A stretch of DNA of 64,000 nt from a virus (Duplodnaviria; Caudoviricetes): IMG/VR virus record IMGVR_UViG_3300005077_000489, positions 96,001-160,000 of that record. One strand, written 5' to 3'. The position numbers and the translations under genes were made by a program. Below are positions 15,001 through 19,761 of this stretch, in pieces. Below the pieces are notes generated by a model, which was not told the origin of the DNA, searched no databases, and saw only the letters and a list, made by a program, of their open reading frames with translations. Numbering within the stretch: position 1 is the first letter of the stretch; each line of letters begins with the position of its first letter.

Positions 15001-18000
15001 AAAACCCTTTGACTGGTCTGGTATAAATGCAGGAAAGGGTATAAACCGGAGTCTTGCTGATTTCTCTAATGAAATATACAACAAGTATGTAGAGAAGTGG
15101 AAAGAGCAATCTAGGGTAGAGGGCTTATCTGGTAAACGTTATGGAGGGGCTGGTGTGGATGAAGATATACTAGGACAAGTCTATGGTTCTAAAGATATTC
15201 CTAGTATACTAGGTAAGAGTATGTTCAAACGCCTAGAACCTATGACAGGTGCTGAAGAAGCAGAGTGGTTAACATTCCTTAAAAATGCGGGGAAAGAAGA
15301 CGGTGGTGTTGCAGAATTTGCTAAAGCACAAGTAGAAAATATGCGTATGGCAAATACGTACGGAATACGCTCCTCCCAAGGTAGAGAAATGTGGCGTATC
15401 ATGAATTTTCAACCCGCTATGGATACACGACAGGAGAAGGACTGGCTGCAAGGTATGGAGGATAGTAAGAACCAAGTTAAATTCCAAAAGATGATGGGTA
15501 ACGCTACAGAGTGGGGAGTAAAATCTGCTACTGGTAGAGAAAATTGGCGTATAATGCATAAGCATGCTGAATTGATGAAGGAATATATAAGTAATCCACT
15601 ATGGAAACTGGTAAAACATTTTACTGGTGAAAATGCCCCAGATACTAAAGATACTACTCCAGATACCAAAGCTCCCGAAGTTAATAATGCTAATTCTATG
15701 TCATCAGATATCCTAGAAAAACAACTCGGTGTGCTACAAGAAATAAGAGATTGTATTTGTAGTGGTATGAAAGGTGGTGTAGGCGGAGTAAGTGGTGCGG
15801 GAGGTGCAACAGGTAGCGTTTCTTCCGCAGCAGTTGGTTTTGGTGTAGGAGAAAAAACTATTACACCGACGCCGACTACTATTCCTATTACACCGTCTAT
15901 CCCGAGACCTACTCCTACTACAATTATACCTACTGCTGGTAATGAAAAATTATTCTGGGATACAGAATGGAATTATCCACCAGAAGCAATAGGATTTGGT
16001 GCAGAATCTAAGACCACAACAGAATTACCGGATTGGGCTAAACCTAAACCATACAGACCTCTTCCCGAAGGTCTCGACCAGAATGAGATTAATCGTTTAT
16101 TATATGGCAATCCTAGTTGGATTCCCGAGTTGTCTGGACCCACGAAATTCCCAGAGGGTTTAGACGAGAATGAACTTAACCGATTGTTGTATGGTAATCC
16201 TAGTTGGACTCCTGAACTTACTCCTCCGACAGTATTTCCTCCTGGGTACACAGAGGATGTTAGCCCCGAAGATGTACTTGATTTGGAAGAACCTATATAT
16301 AGATCTCCTTCAAAATTATATAAAGACAGACTTAAAGATATGATGGATGCTGCGGTGGAGTATGGTTTCCCTGGCGGGGATAATTGGATATCTACAGGAA
16401 TGGATATGAGAAAGAAGAGAATACCCGGAGCTATCAAAGGAGTGAGAACATATAAAGAGTATCCTGTGAGAAGATTTAAATTTTTGTCTGGGGAACCTAC
16501 TGAAAAATCGATAGACTGGGATATTAGGTATAATCAAGCGCAAGACGAACTTGCGTCAGAGGAGGAATTTTGGGGAACTGTAGGTGGTTACGATGAAGGG
16601 TTCAACCAGCCGATTAATATAAAAAACTCAATGGGTGATTTACTATTGTATGCTGGACTTATCGATGATGCTGTAGCCATTGCTGGTTCTATCTCTGGGA
16701 TGTTTCGTGCTAAAAAGAAAGAGACATTACCTGTAGATTATAATAAATTATATGGTATGACTGGTGAGCAGGCTACAGAATATGCTATGCAATTCCCAGA
16801 AGAGATGCGCCAGCAAATAATGGATAAGTTTAATGATATAGAAATACAAAGAATAAGTGGTGAAGCTAGTGCTGGTGTTGAAGGAAAATGGGCACAAAGG
16901 GAGGAGAATTACAAGAGAAATGCTGAGAACAGAATTCGATTAACCAGTTTGCCTACTACACAAACACAACCAGAAGAAAAGAAAGATTTTACTACTATAC
17001 CTAGAGGGAGAGGGGAGGAAGAAAAGGCTACGGAAACAGAAGAGCAATATAAGAGGTACAACTGGCTCACTACTCCATTCGGTGAGAGAGTAGAGAAGGC
17101 TCTTGCTACTCCTATGGGGTTCAATGAAAGGTCATATCCGGCATCTGATGTGTTTCCTATAGGCGGCGGTCAGGCTCGTATATATGCGAAAACAGGTGGT
17201 CTTGGCGCTATGGTACCGGATAGCAAAGGAAAGTCTTATTTTGGTTTTAATGTTGAGGCGAAGGCTGGTGATATGTATGAGGAATTACAACATAGTAGAA
17301 CAGCTAAAATGTCTAAAGACCAATTACTTTCTATAGCGAATTCCGTGGGGGCATTACCTGGTGGTAAAGACCTTTTAAACGCCGCTATGACTTCTAGAAG
17401 GTCACAGACTGCATATAATGCTTATGGAGACCTTTCCAAGGAAATGCTTATGGAGGTCTTGGCTTCTTTAGGGCGCGGTGATAAGGAAAATATAGACAGA
17501 AGGAAAGCCTTACAGTCTAGCGAATTCGCGGAGTTAGATAGTGCTACATTATCTCTATATAAACAATCCGATGCTTTTAAATCCACTGTATTGAGGAAAG
17601 AATACGAGGAAGGACTAAAAAGGTATCTTGGAGAATTCATTGGTGCTACTAGTGCTCTGGGTCCGTCTGATATCTCGGATATATATACTTCTGATGTTTA
17701 TCCTGTTGGTGGAATGGGTTATTACGGAAAGAAAGAAGGACAGCCAGTAGATTATAGAGATTTTGTTGGTTCTGATGAAGAAATAATAGATTTATTTCCT
17801 GGCGGAGAGCCGTCTGAGGATAGAACACCGTGGTATAGTAGTCTAAGAGAACGAATTATGCAAGAAAGTGCCATGGAAAGGTTCTCTTCCGAACTGGACC
17901 AGTTCTATCCCGCTTCTAGTTGGCATGTAAATGATTTTGTTGATGCTGATAGGAAGAGACAAGAAGAATTACGAGCTAGTGAATTTGTGGATGCTGAGTC

Positions 18001-19753
18001 CTCATTACCAAAACCTACAGAAGCAAGAAGAGATTGGGTTCCTGAAGAAGTATTAGCAGAGAGATTCAGGAACGAAAAACCTATGATTACAAAGGAAGAG
18101 CAAAAAGCAAAGGAGAGGGAGAATGCACAAAAAGAAGCAGAACAAAAAGCAGAAGCTAAGAAAAAAGAGATGGCTAGTGTTCTATGTAATCAATGTGTAA
18201 TGAAAGTATTTATTACTAATTGGCCTGAGTCATTAGGCGGAGCAGGTGTAGAAACAGTTTCTGTTCCTGAAAAGTACAGCCCCACAGATAGGTCTAAGTT
18301 AACTGCACAAGGTATTATGGCGGGCAATATCTCTAAACACGTCGCAATAGAGGGTACCGGTAATAGTTTGTCTGTTACGGAATCTCCAATAGTAAGTAAC
18401 CAAGCGGGTATTCCTAATACTATGGGATTCCAAGTGCCAAAAGATATTGTAAAGGTGTTTGTTACGAATTGGCCCGGGGTCTATGGTGAAACATTTGGTC
18501 AAATGGACAGACAAGGTAAAATGGCTCCAGGTAGTGTTCTACCTCCTGCCGGGGCTAATTACATTAATAGTGCTCCCGAATATGGTCCCACAATTTCTAT
18601 GGGCGGTGGTGGTTCTATGCTTATAAAATCTCCTAGTAATCCTGCTATAGAAAGTTGCAGAAATTTAGGTGGTAGGTGGACGGGTGAAGAATGTATGTAC
18701 GGTCAAGACATGCCGAGACAAGAAGCAGGTTTAATGCCAGTACCGTCCAGGTCCGTAGAAGATGACTATTCAATGACTACACAGGCTATGTTGTGCGAGG
18801 CTCGTGGCGGTAAGTGGGATATGGCTAAAATGCGTTGTAAAACGAGGGAAGAAATAAAGAATGAAGAAATGGCTACTATTTATACCGATGTTGTAGATAT
18901 GATACCTGGTTATACGGTACCGCAAGGTACACCTAATTATTCTACTGTAACTGGGTATGGACCAGACATAAGCGGTAATGCCCAGTATTCTGTGGGTAAG
19001 GCTGCTGCAGGAATTATGTCTGGTAATGCTAACGGCTTACCTGTTGTAGTAATGAATTGGCCAGAGTTATTAATTAACCCTACGGCAGCACCATTAGATA
19101 TTATGCAGCAGAATCTGATGGATAAGAACATAAATCAACCGCTAGACCAAACCGGACAGACACCACAGTCTATAGTTGATGCAGATGCAATAACTAATTC
19201 TATAACGAATGCCTTGAGCCCTGTGCTCGCCGCTATAGAAAGATTTGCGACAAATCAAGTCAGCCCCGCGGGTAATGTTGGACCGGACGCAGGCACTGCA
19301 CTAGCGGAAGGTTTTAAAGCAGGTTTAGCTAACTTTGTATTACCTGTAGACCCAAATGCAATGGTCAAGTTGGACCCAAATGCAACGGTTAAAGTAGATG
19401 GCGGGGATAATGCTACAGGAAAGGGTGCAGTTGTTAACAGAGAAGTGGTTGACCAAGTTGTTAATGATGCATTAAAATCACGAAATATAGATTTAATTAA
19501 TGATACTGTCATAGAAATTAGAGATACTCTGGTACAAGTAAAGGCTGATGTATCACGTCAAAGTGATAAACTAGATAGTGATTTTACTGGTAGAGTAACT
19601 TCTCTTGAAACTAGGCTGGATGCTGTTATCCGAGAAGTAGCAAATGCTGTAAATCAACTAGCACAAACAACTACAAAGGTGGATGCTATCAAAAATACCC
19701 CACCACAAGACAGTAGTTCATTGAAACCAACAAATGGATATAATTTAACATAG
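2..19753 (+). CDS. Giant tape-measure-like protein (5'-truncated, at least 6,583 aa)
   Basis: Frame 2 has no stop from base 2 (DKYRSDVETAVSRG...) to TAA at 19751-19753, so the track's TTG start at 293 is internal. It is mostly helical/coiled-coil (E/K/Q/R/A/L-rich) with Gly-rich hydrophobic segments at ~3260-4100, ~5190-5360 and ~8690-9480. A V-[FV]-x-[TM]-NWP motif occurs three times near the C-terminus, as I recall from many phage TMP C-termini. It lies directly upstream of hub-like genes. Confidence 0.75.
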   Translation, partial: DKYRSDVETAVSRGRGFGSRTAAETYARVSGIDISSLDKKARQGVTQGITAVEDLFTNIKQESTILAESTGRTLYEARDEISKKITETINNFDITKALDDKTLAEMSNDLRDRLKSLIPKDSENAAKLEENINSLVSKFTSYFQKFQRPILEISKDIPTDKLKKSIVDLYGAIAGKINSPAINEQIELAKQVFEKNMGHLRGKLGEVKFAEYRDKFAEMMVTRYQMWSESIRTKMDAYMNSAKDMFTNIDAALGDTFGRSWDYVKGINIGPKLQAVLTGLVGSAAELFEGAQSSFALPLREIEKRVKQLDWKSTSDVMHDVWFTLQKSLVWLRSEAERYSGEAENYNKKEQQDQLKLRLKQRAAWEQTLAFQGLSREEIQGPPGTIALKRPESLLAAPSFEREGMYNMATKYGPLGSYADIIQSYNDIARGALAEGKPFGTNLGTVVLRPGYAQQMGIVGGGTKLGGVEVGPKLPVTLGYTAETGVTPMVTTQPLGGIGGRITPLTELPEGSIQLAMGGTRMINFRDTYEKAIRSIAYGAGMNVSTYAAQEKLKLGADFEWEVRGYDKAVNSMWNISTALFNMNKQMEEFRKQATSAGAQTESAMQKIEDMKLDQRMLGALIRLKEMLEEFNNAKEKMTFDFGLGEVEENIRVLQRSRRVGLEGMVGLPTKMPTELRSWSQLKPEERAAVVSPQYAASTRRLAEAERRQGLGERTELLAAKADYRARAYVDELKKQVNLERELGPEAYQALSRDILTADNETARNTSVSIGLQKGMVSALIGIKDAITANFSTMKVEEVYKEAINYKKTAEQLEQQALAMGVPENLSPEMQEKQRGLNERARVYRTLFEEGKIEIYERTRRPEKSLITPESFHRVVLGFLASTKEQERTIRASLNVGNNRAEQALFDIATRLPRERRNAFLQNRYITKNIEAAGSNYVGVDFAANVAKRLKKFDDEWSELQARKKEGKILEEYLKQAPPQFPNYMKDFVGLVGIKLGETVGKKVFGDPARAQQASKELLEKMVKSSDWERQIMLNQSDWLRQIADNTKAMRSSSPASSEDLYSYGHSPADRLVRNFSAVSSGLNTSSLLGPALIAAGMVGLYKWLGGKGVALNFIPVRQGNVPAAVLSDQNLANISKGLDGLIRNFKYYNETQKMAFDQEKLAALREPSWRGAVVSPDISKGLIRRGIAGGVAGSVLGIGLLPAGLAAVAYTVAKRLEPSLGKGVLSRSLGIGLGTSLLAGSAAKMIGLGAATFALPIIPIATVSAIYMMVKRMGMSDTWLSGHMGHPIFGRGGYEGGMWRARAEIADTLLNRFIKGISRIPEFFGGTGRGLIGRGLTVGVGASLLGAPGLAAGLAYGGGAFAYRLATGKAPVGPGWMQTAGALGQDVFTGKLGAFLNRFLSEPYGVPGPRTGRFGRYARDIETRYAPGTTENSLARAFQDRRFMNEFFIQLERDGIRLAKFSNWLATTGERLAPRFFGYVSSRVSSGGADIRSYPSRFWEEAKDTLTKSSEFRRGFYTDVLNRIPLSLERAVSGAFSSNLVQRSMLGTGKLATGLLENLLIGTISMATRRGNLAVGNMAAGTARELSLYRGTGKIVEGISSTLEFTRALVNVTQASLEAARQGKYLSHVFKQMADSGQGFFRTLLTKVRDERLYRQLDLLKTAPLSTVSRAATEPIFSLAYGAGGYTATRIPRAGTPVENVSTLRQRMSERWRVAGLPEYTLHGERLPWGLSGAGMKLGGAYGAAAGAMGGPLGFLTTPLSMVIGGALGALGGGRLLGASAGRAGMTKLDIRNRAREMQAIFGNAPRRALERIAEEELSTMSGKVYKTEPQFLKRVWNYFTGKQQVGGGLESLYELQQMKPVPPAKGKGVVELAREARNIRMDQIEREFMAAGGRPEDLSSFKYTRTRPVKVMPEFSLQAPYEERLAAARSMPDYKEVQKKLMDLSRERVNVKSRLQQLNSSIPTEFNAYNTIIDDLTQQLRNVESSMTKITDARNKIYAEQIASDLRKQLSTVTNERNTKVGAMERERSSLEARQSSLIKEAVSLDKQRVSIQETWLRGTFTQEEWAAQINALNERKQALKELKNAARTRGGQAQVNAETLIGSKTYRGKLLANVDVESGVKKLKLERNKSYIFEAMYGSTDDIQKQVRRAKYEETKLMKRRVIYAKQYGAGPLVSDTQDKLDKIRERIAKLQGRERDSINWDSFRKQYAEEIADLKIIEDFQTTRNNVREQIRKYDAELTATEGEKAQLRNMRGSQSEAKKASKKVGKILGTKTSTTPGTPDTLDELVGLTQDEIREISRRRESRMNLGVETTSRTGMRTTGLGKLQSMAARREEMLVGIEETLTKAPKDLQKSIRERYLRTMAEENVMSAIPNASQEVQNLAIERAVKLTKGAVPPVRDVAEWLVSSAKEGKADDILKLSGLNVDDFVNLKTITGIDDAIAKNLGDRLPEILKSQRDAYNNIKPQIKLLEAVYDDFRDTSRLFNEVGAGGKKGLVYTETQAKAMMTRLREALGTELDDIIKRTTPGGATDLDILERNPVAVQEIEKALKGGLKTKRKELGRLETSLDIKGLLGDRQSAIQELERLQNLMLKEGSSDLAKNDLTSLMMQQGNKIKDIDNQIKMMISDEGLLASTIKKFINEGKVLQDEIDRLQKQYKDVERQVGQAKLLKNIKTPVQADLEKLDEPVRNLYRNLGNNSDELVTHLEKNLLNAKSQLDNLREVAAGRAEVPLKPAQLLVQQELLTKLEDIAKAFRSGDKAVTDKAIGQLSRLFAANVDIPSEVLRNNREFIMNVLQMGSQAQSPYYAPVQSLFNVVKGSGKSAIEQANILDSVVGMFDDAVKRGHSFNDTLMKVEGHLLKFGYDTQQAMRSIRDAGDDLAKLTRTAVFAAEGTRPGGGAFATVGPRMHGPGIGGMMLAMAGTELGAQGLQSAFGISPLTSYGTILGGVALHQLISGGRGPGSEIGVMSRIGRGLAGVNESGWGRTGGLWGDLTSAFRPSEYAKSIGFPAKDWATRTGGLSGISGWFGKWREISTYKANLPATAAAEVGLAEKWLGPGGKHLGANLSMAAKALPVVMLGVESIFAQQRESERGYKGATGFMGGFLEVLTPSAMAMIAAYVAGSIATGGIMSIVAAAAAGAGAYTLATPLGEKVKNVYYGATGAVPVLTKTMQEEELKAYSPAARRSLEFKRANAELERLRQETQTTLPSRALSLMMPLVGAGGMMFTFDRLSRNMEREQGFTNAQKTVASLGQLLSDGGDITKMPFLAKYMQQTPELKAEYDKIVKYKEEMDSAVGGKDKEEKRKRYQDAVNEGLNKFTTALKRSSDLVEMITIDQYTENEALKQSSLSLVNLAEVAARTKTIFEEMPKAWAIQEQPWGERLSGPEVPNYRGRFERTVTDLMKEEAPEVYNSGMAAIEADKVAYSKLLKEREKERNIIGDMRNQQESMNRSVGANLDKLKLTGETLEKVKTLVRLEGEFINAPQSEVGSRVLELDKLAKDLGKLGNYMSTQSSYEFKDVWRVEANKLSNYSTLKMPLAGAQETLNALSEFENRLGERVKKEGLTEENRKNLEIVKKAKPGLQKQIDAREGAEKVLTRLPSEVDELIRRRSSLDSQRKLIEDETKALEENRHSRAAIIQQLMEYTEVMKVLHQAQRQLLETETVRVSNMPGGGAQTRRMYEGRLPNQMMFGTETSAIPLQDLMPKSVTQLTAMDLFALSNKTGMNDLNKVYTAYKKAEQNMYEIRTSLDTAMSTATLEKSRINKFGDLVNKGVFNQKDELTNLVDTGINYVNKIQGVLSDYGDQLPATIKTALEKQTNEYKTQYDRVTKQETKLKEAEQELTDLYKIDTIPKEQQLKTLERGVEGNKPERIIATEKRIKIGLNQTIIDLNKEGLTRSDQYLMLEERKATARNSMEQYERAGNKSNAASEKDKLEELEVISKVLLEKTPKLPEYSKVKKELDDLAKQKTDKSAAIENLKSDIKKAKESMDAIEKSIVKLPKDKLQSAQAELDKARRRVGELEKQRSSKQVEFEAASKALVDTRNKYLDAIFSSVAEQLKIAADAIGERNKAAFGYKLDQGKLYSPLAGMMSGVSMPTQLDIGKNYVEMSAQERFAAFNPEEYSTAAKSQEAYNSVLKQLSYVTDELVKSEVEMIMQRQALAKIEDQNSEQYKKTKRTLEDLEVRKRATEQAMEEYRARALEKRVEAEKRAQETRMAVLGHETKRFIESTTRSMEEGIIGITDKFSQAFRMSPLVGATAGLATPFNINTGKTELQLSPQERVALNNNQLYRAASTTQEELRLASERISKLEGRRATLQAEQQEAARLGNTRLVDEYQNRINALTQEIQKNTDEFNNLRNSSRELMEEFRQQVWVEEVKRQLLDVGLEMKKTIIGFGQAFERSKIFSPVTGTMAGIGYSGEIPRIQELPELSSSQLYAKYQPAGYRAGMEAINRRKAYEQAISRYDTNIQQMEAQSAMGGEAGKEAAAKLPGLYEARQKLLDQYDAEKSILEGIIKATMEANMRFEVLRDVIQSVHKTVSAIAQGMGQLVAAGLKSPVAGAAKGLVPYQWQVAKQEFELTPQEVVNKYAPNMAMSAHMQQQTIDTMANMAGEFTTKRQEALMKAQLAETPEERNRYLKKADYYGEASTRFADAAEEARAALEPLIEKLTALAKVAEVAQKFEQLDRQLNILANTRWGMDTIRMETEMGKHPSSLQRGRYVEVGGRLEYIPGLGSGSMNIPGIPGAYAGSSGWYQTEYEKIPGTEYEVPRAFQPGSKEWQEMRVLELKRDSGEVKGPDYERQRAMITWNAGEAQIQYLQKREDQKFERQKGIAVQAETAIEEALIGYSDTLPQLRGMLEPYREMIKEDMQHAADIVGEGPGGVLQRRGFQSLSEMKNVASELKQMIKAEDAQNTARYTWYPIVRQLKELQEALTGQLSEETPEEKEARKQNEDAKKYFTERLDKITLKDNMPKDETETKTGRRDYAGAPSVEQIEKAKEEIDKRKPFDWSGINAGKGINRSLADFSNEIYNKYVEKWKEQSRVEGLSGKRYGGAGVDEDILGQVYGSKDIPSILGKSMFKRLEPMTGAEEAEWLTFLKNAGKEDGGVAEFAKAQVENMRMANTYGIRSSQGREMWRIMNFQPAMDTRQEKDWLQGMEDSKNQVKFQKMMGNATEWGVKSATGRENWRIMHKHAELMKEYISNPLWKLVKHFTGENAPDTKDTTPDTKAPEVNNANSMSSDILEKQLGVLQEIRDCICSGMKGGVGGVSGAGGATGSVSSAAVGFGVGEKTITPTPTTIPITPSIPRPTPTTIIPTAGNEKLFWDTEWNYPPEAIGFGAESKTTTELPDWAKPKPYRPLPEGLDQNEINRLLYGNPSWIPELSGPTKFPEGLDENELNRLLYGNPSWTPELTPPTVFPPGYTEDVSPEDVLDLEEPIYRSPSKLYKDRLKDMMDAAVEYGFPGGDNWISTGMDMRKKRIPGAIKGVRTYKEYPVRRFKFLSGEPTEKSIDWDIRYNQAQDELASEEEFWGTVGGYDEGFNQPINIKNSMGDLLLYAGLIDDAVAIAGSISGMFRAKKKETLPVDYNKLYGMTGEQATEYAMQFPEEMRQQIMDKFNDIEIQRISGEASAGVEGKWAQREENYKRNAENRIRLTSLPTTQTQPEEKKDFTTIPRGRGEEEKATETEEQYKRYNWLTTPFGERVEKALATPMGFNERSYPASDVFPIGGGQARIYAKTGGLGAMVPDSKGKSYFGFNVEAKAGDMYEELQHSRTAKMSKDQLLSIANSVGALPGGKDLLNAAMTSRRSQTAYNAYGDLSKEMLMEVLASLGRGDKENIDRRKALQSSEFAELDSATLSLYKQSDAFKSTVLRKEYEEGLKRYLGEFIGATSALGPSDISDIYTSDVYPVGGMGYYGKKEGQPVDYRDFVGSDEEIIDLFPGGEPSEDRTPWYSSLRERIMQESAMERFSSELDQFYPASSWHVNDFVDADRKRQEELRASEFVDAESSLPKPTEARRDWVPEEVLAERFRNEKPMITKEEQKAKERENAQKEAEQKAEAKKKEMASVLCNQCVMKVFITNWPESLGGAGVETVSVPEKYSPTDRSKLTAQGIMAGNISKHVAIEGTGNSLSVTESPIVSNQAGIPNTMGFQVPKDIVKVFVTNWPGVYGETFGQMDRQGKMAPGSVLPPAGANYINSAPEYGPTISMGGGGSMLIKSPSNPAIESCRNLGGRWTGEECMYGQDMPRQEAGLMPVPSRSVEDDYSMTTQAMLCEARGGKWDMAKMRCKTREEIKNEEMATIYTDVVDMIPGYTVPQGTPNYSTVTGYGPDISGNAQYSVGKAAAGIMSGNANGLPVVVMNWPELLINPTAAPLDIMQQNLMDKNINQPLDQTGQTPQSIVDADAITNSITNALSPVLAAIERFATNQVSPAGNVGPDAGTALAEGFKAGLANFVLPVDPNAMVKLDPNATVKVDGGDNATGKGAVVNREVVDQVVNDALKSRNIDLINDTVIEIRDTLVQVKADVSRQSDKLDSDFTGRVTSLETRLDAVIREVANAVNQLAQTTTKVDAIKNTPPQDSSSLKPTNGYNLT
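12238..13770 (+). repeat. Four degenerate ~150-167-aa protein repeats in the giant ORF
   Basis: SP[LV]xG motifs (LYSPLAG, RMSPLVG, IFSPVTG, LKSPVAG) have Ser codons at 12248, 12749, 13211 and 13658. Each is followed ~25 aa later by MSAQE/LSPQE/LSSSQ/LTPQE and a long coiled coil. Confidence 0.65.
15362..15560 (+). repeat. Two-copy 51-aa-spaced protein motif G[IV][RK]SxxGRExWRIM
   Basis: GIRSSQGREMWRIM at 15362 and GVKSATGRENWRIM at 15515 (153 nt apart). Confidence 0.7.
16061..16250 (+). repeat. In-frame 87-nt (29-aa) tandem repeat, about 2.3 copies
   Basis: LPEGLDQNEINRLLYGNPSWIPELSGPTK / FPEGLDENELNRLLYGNPSWTPELTPPTV / FPPG. Pro codons at 16064, 16151 and 16238. Many differences are synonymous. 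Confidence 0.9.
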
Positions 19754-19761
19754 GAGAATCA

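Noticed and set aside
15745-15765. DCICSG as an NlpC/P60 catalytic DCSG motif
   Set aside because: Spacing does not match and there is no downstream catalytic His context; it is followed by a Gly-rich linker.
16061-16250. Possible CRISPR array
   Set aside because: Only ~2.3 in-frame copies with synonymous divergence and no unique spacers; no cas genes; no array next to iscB.
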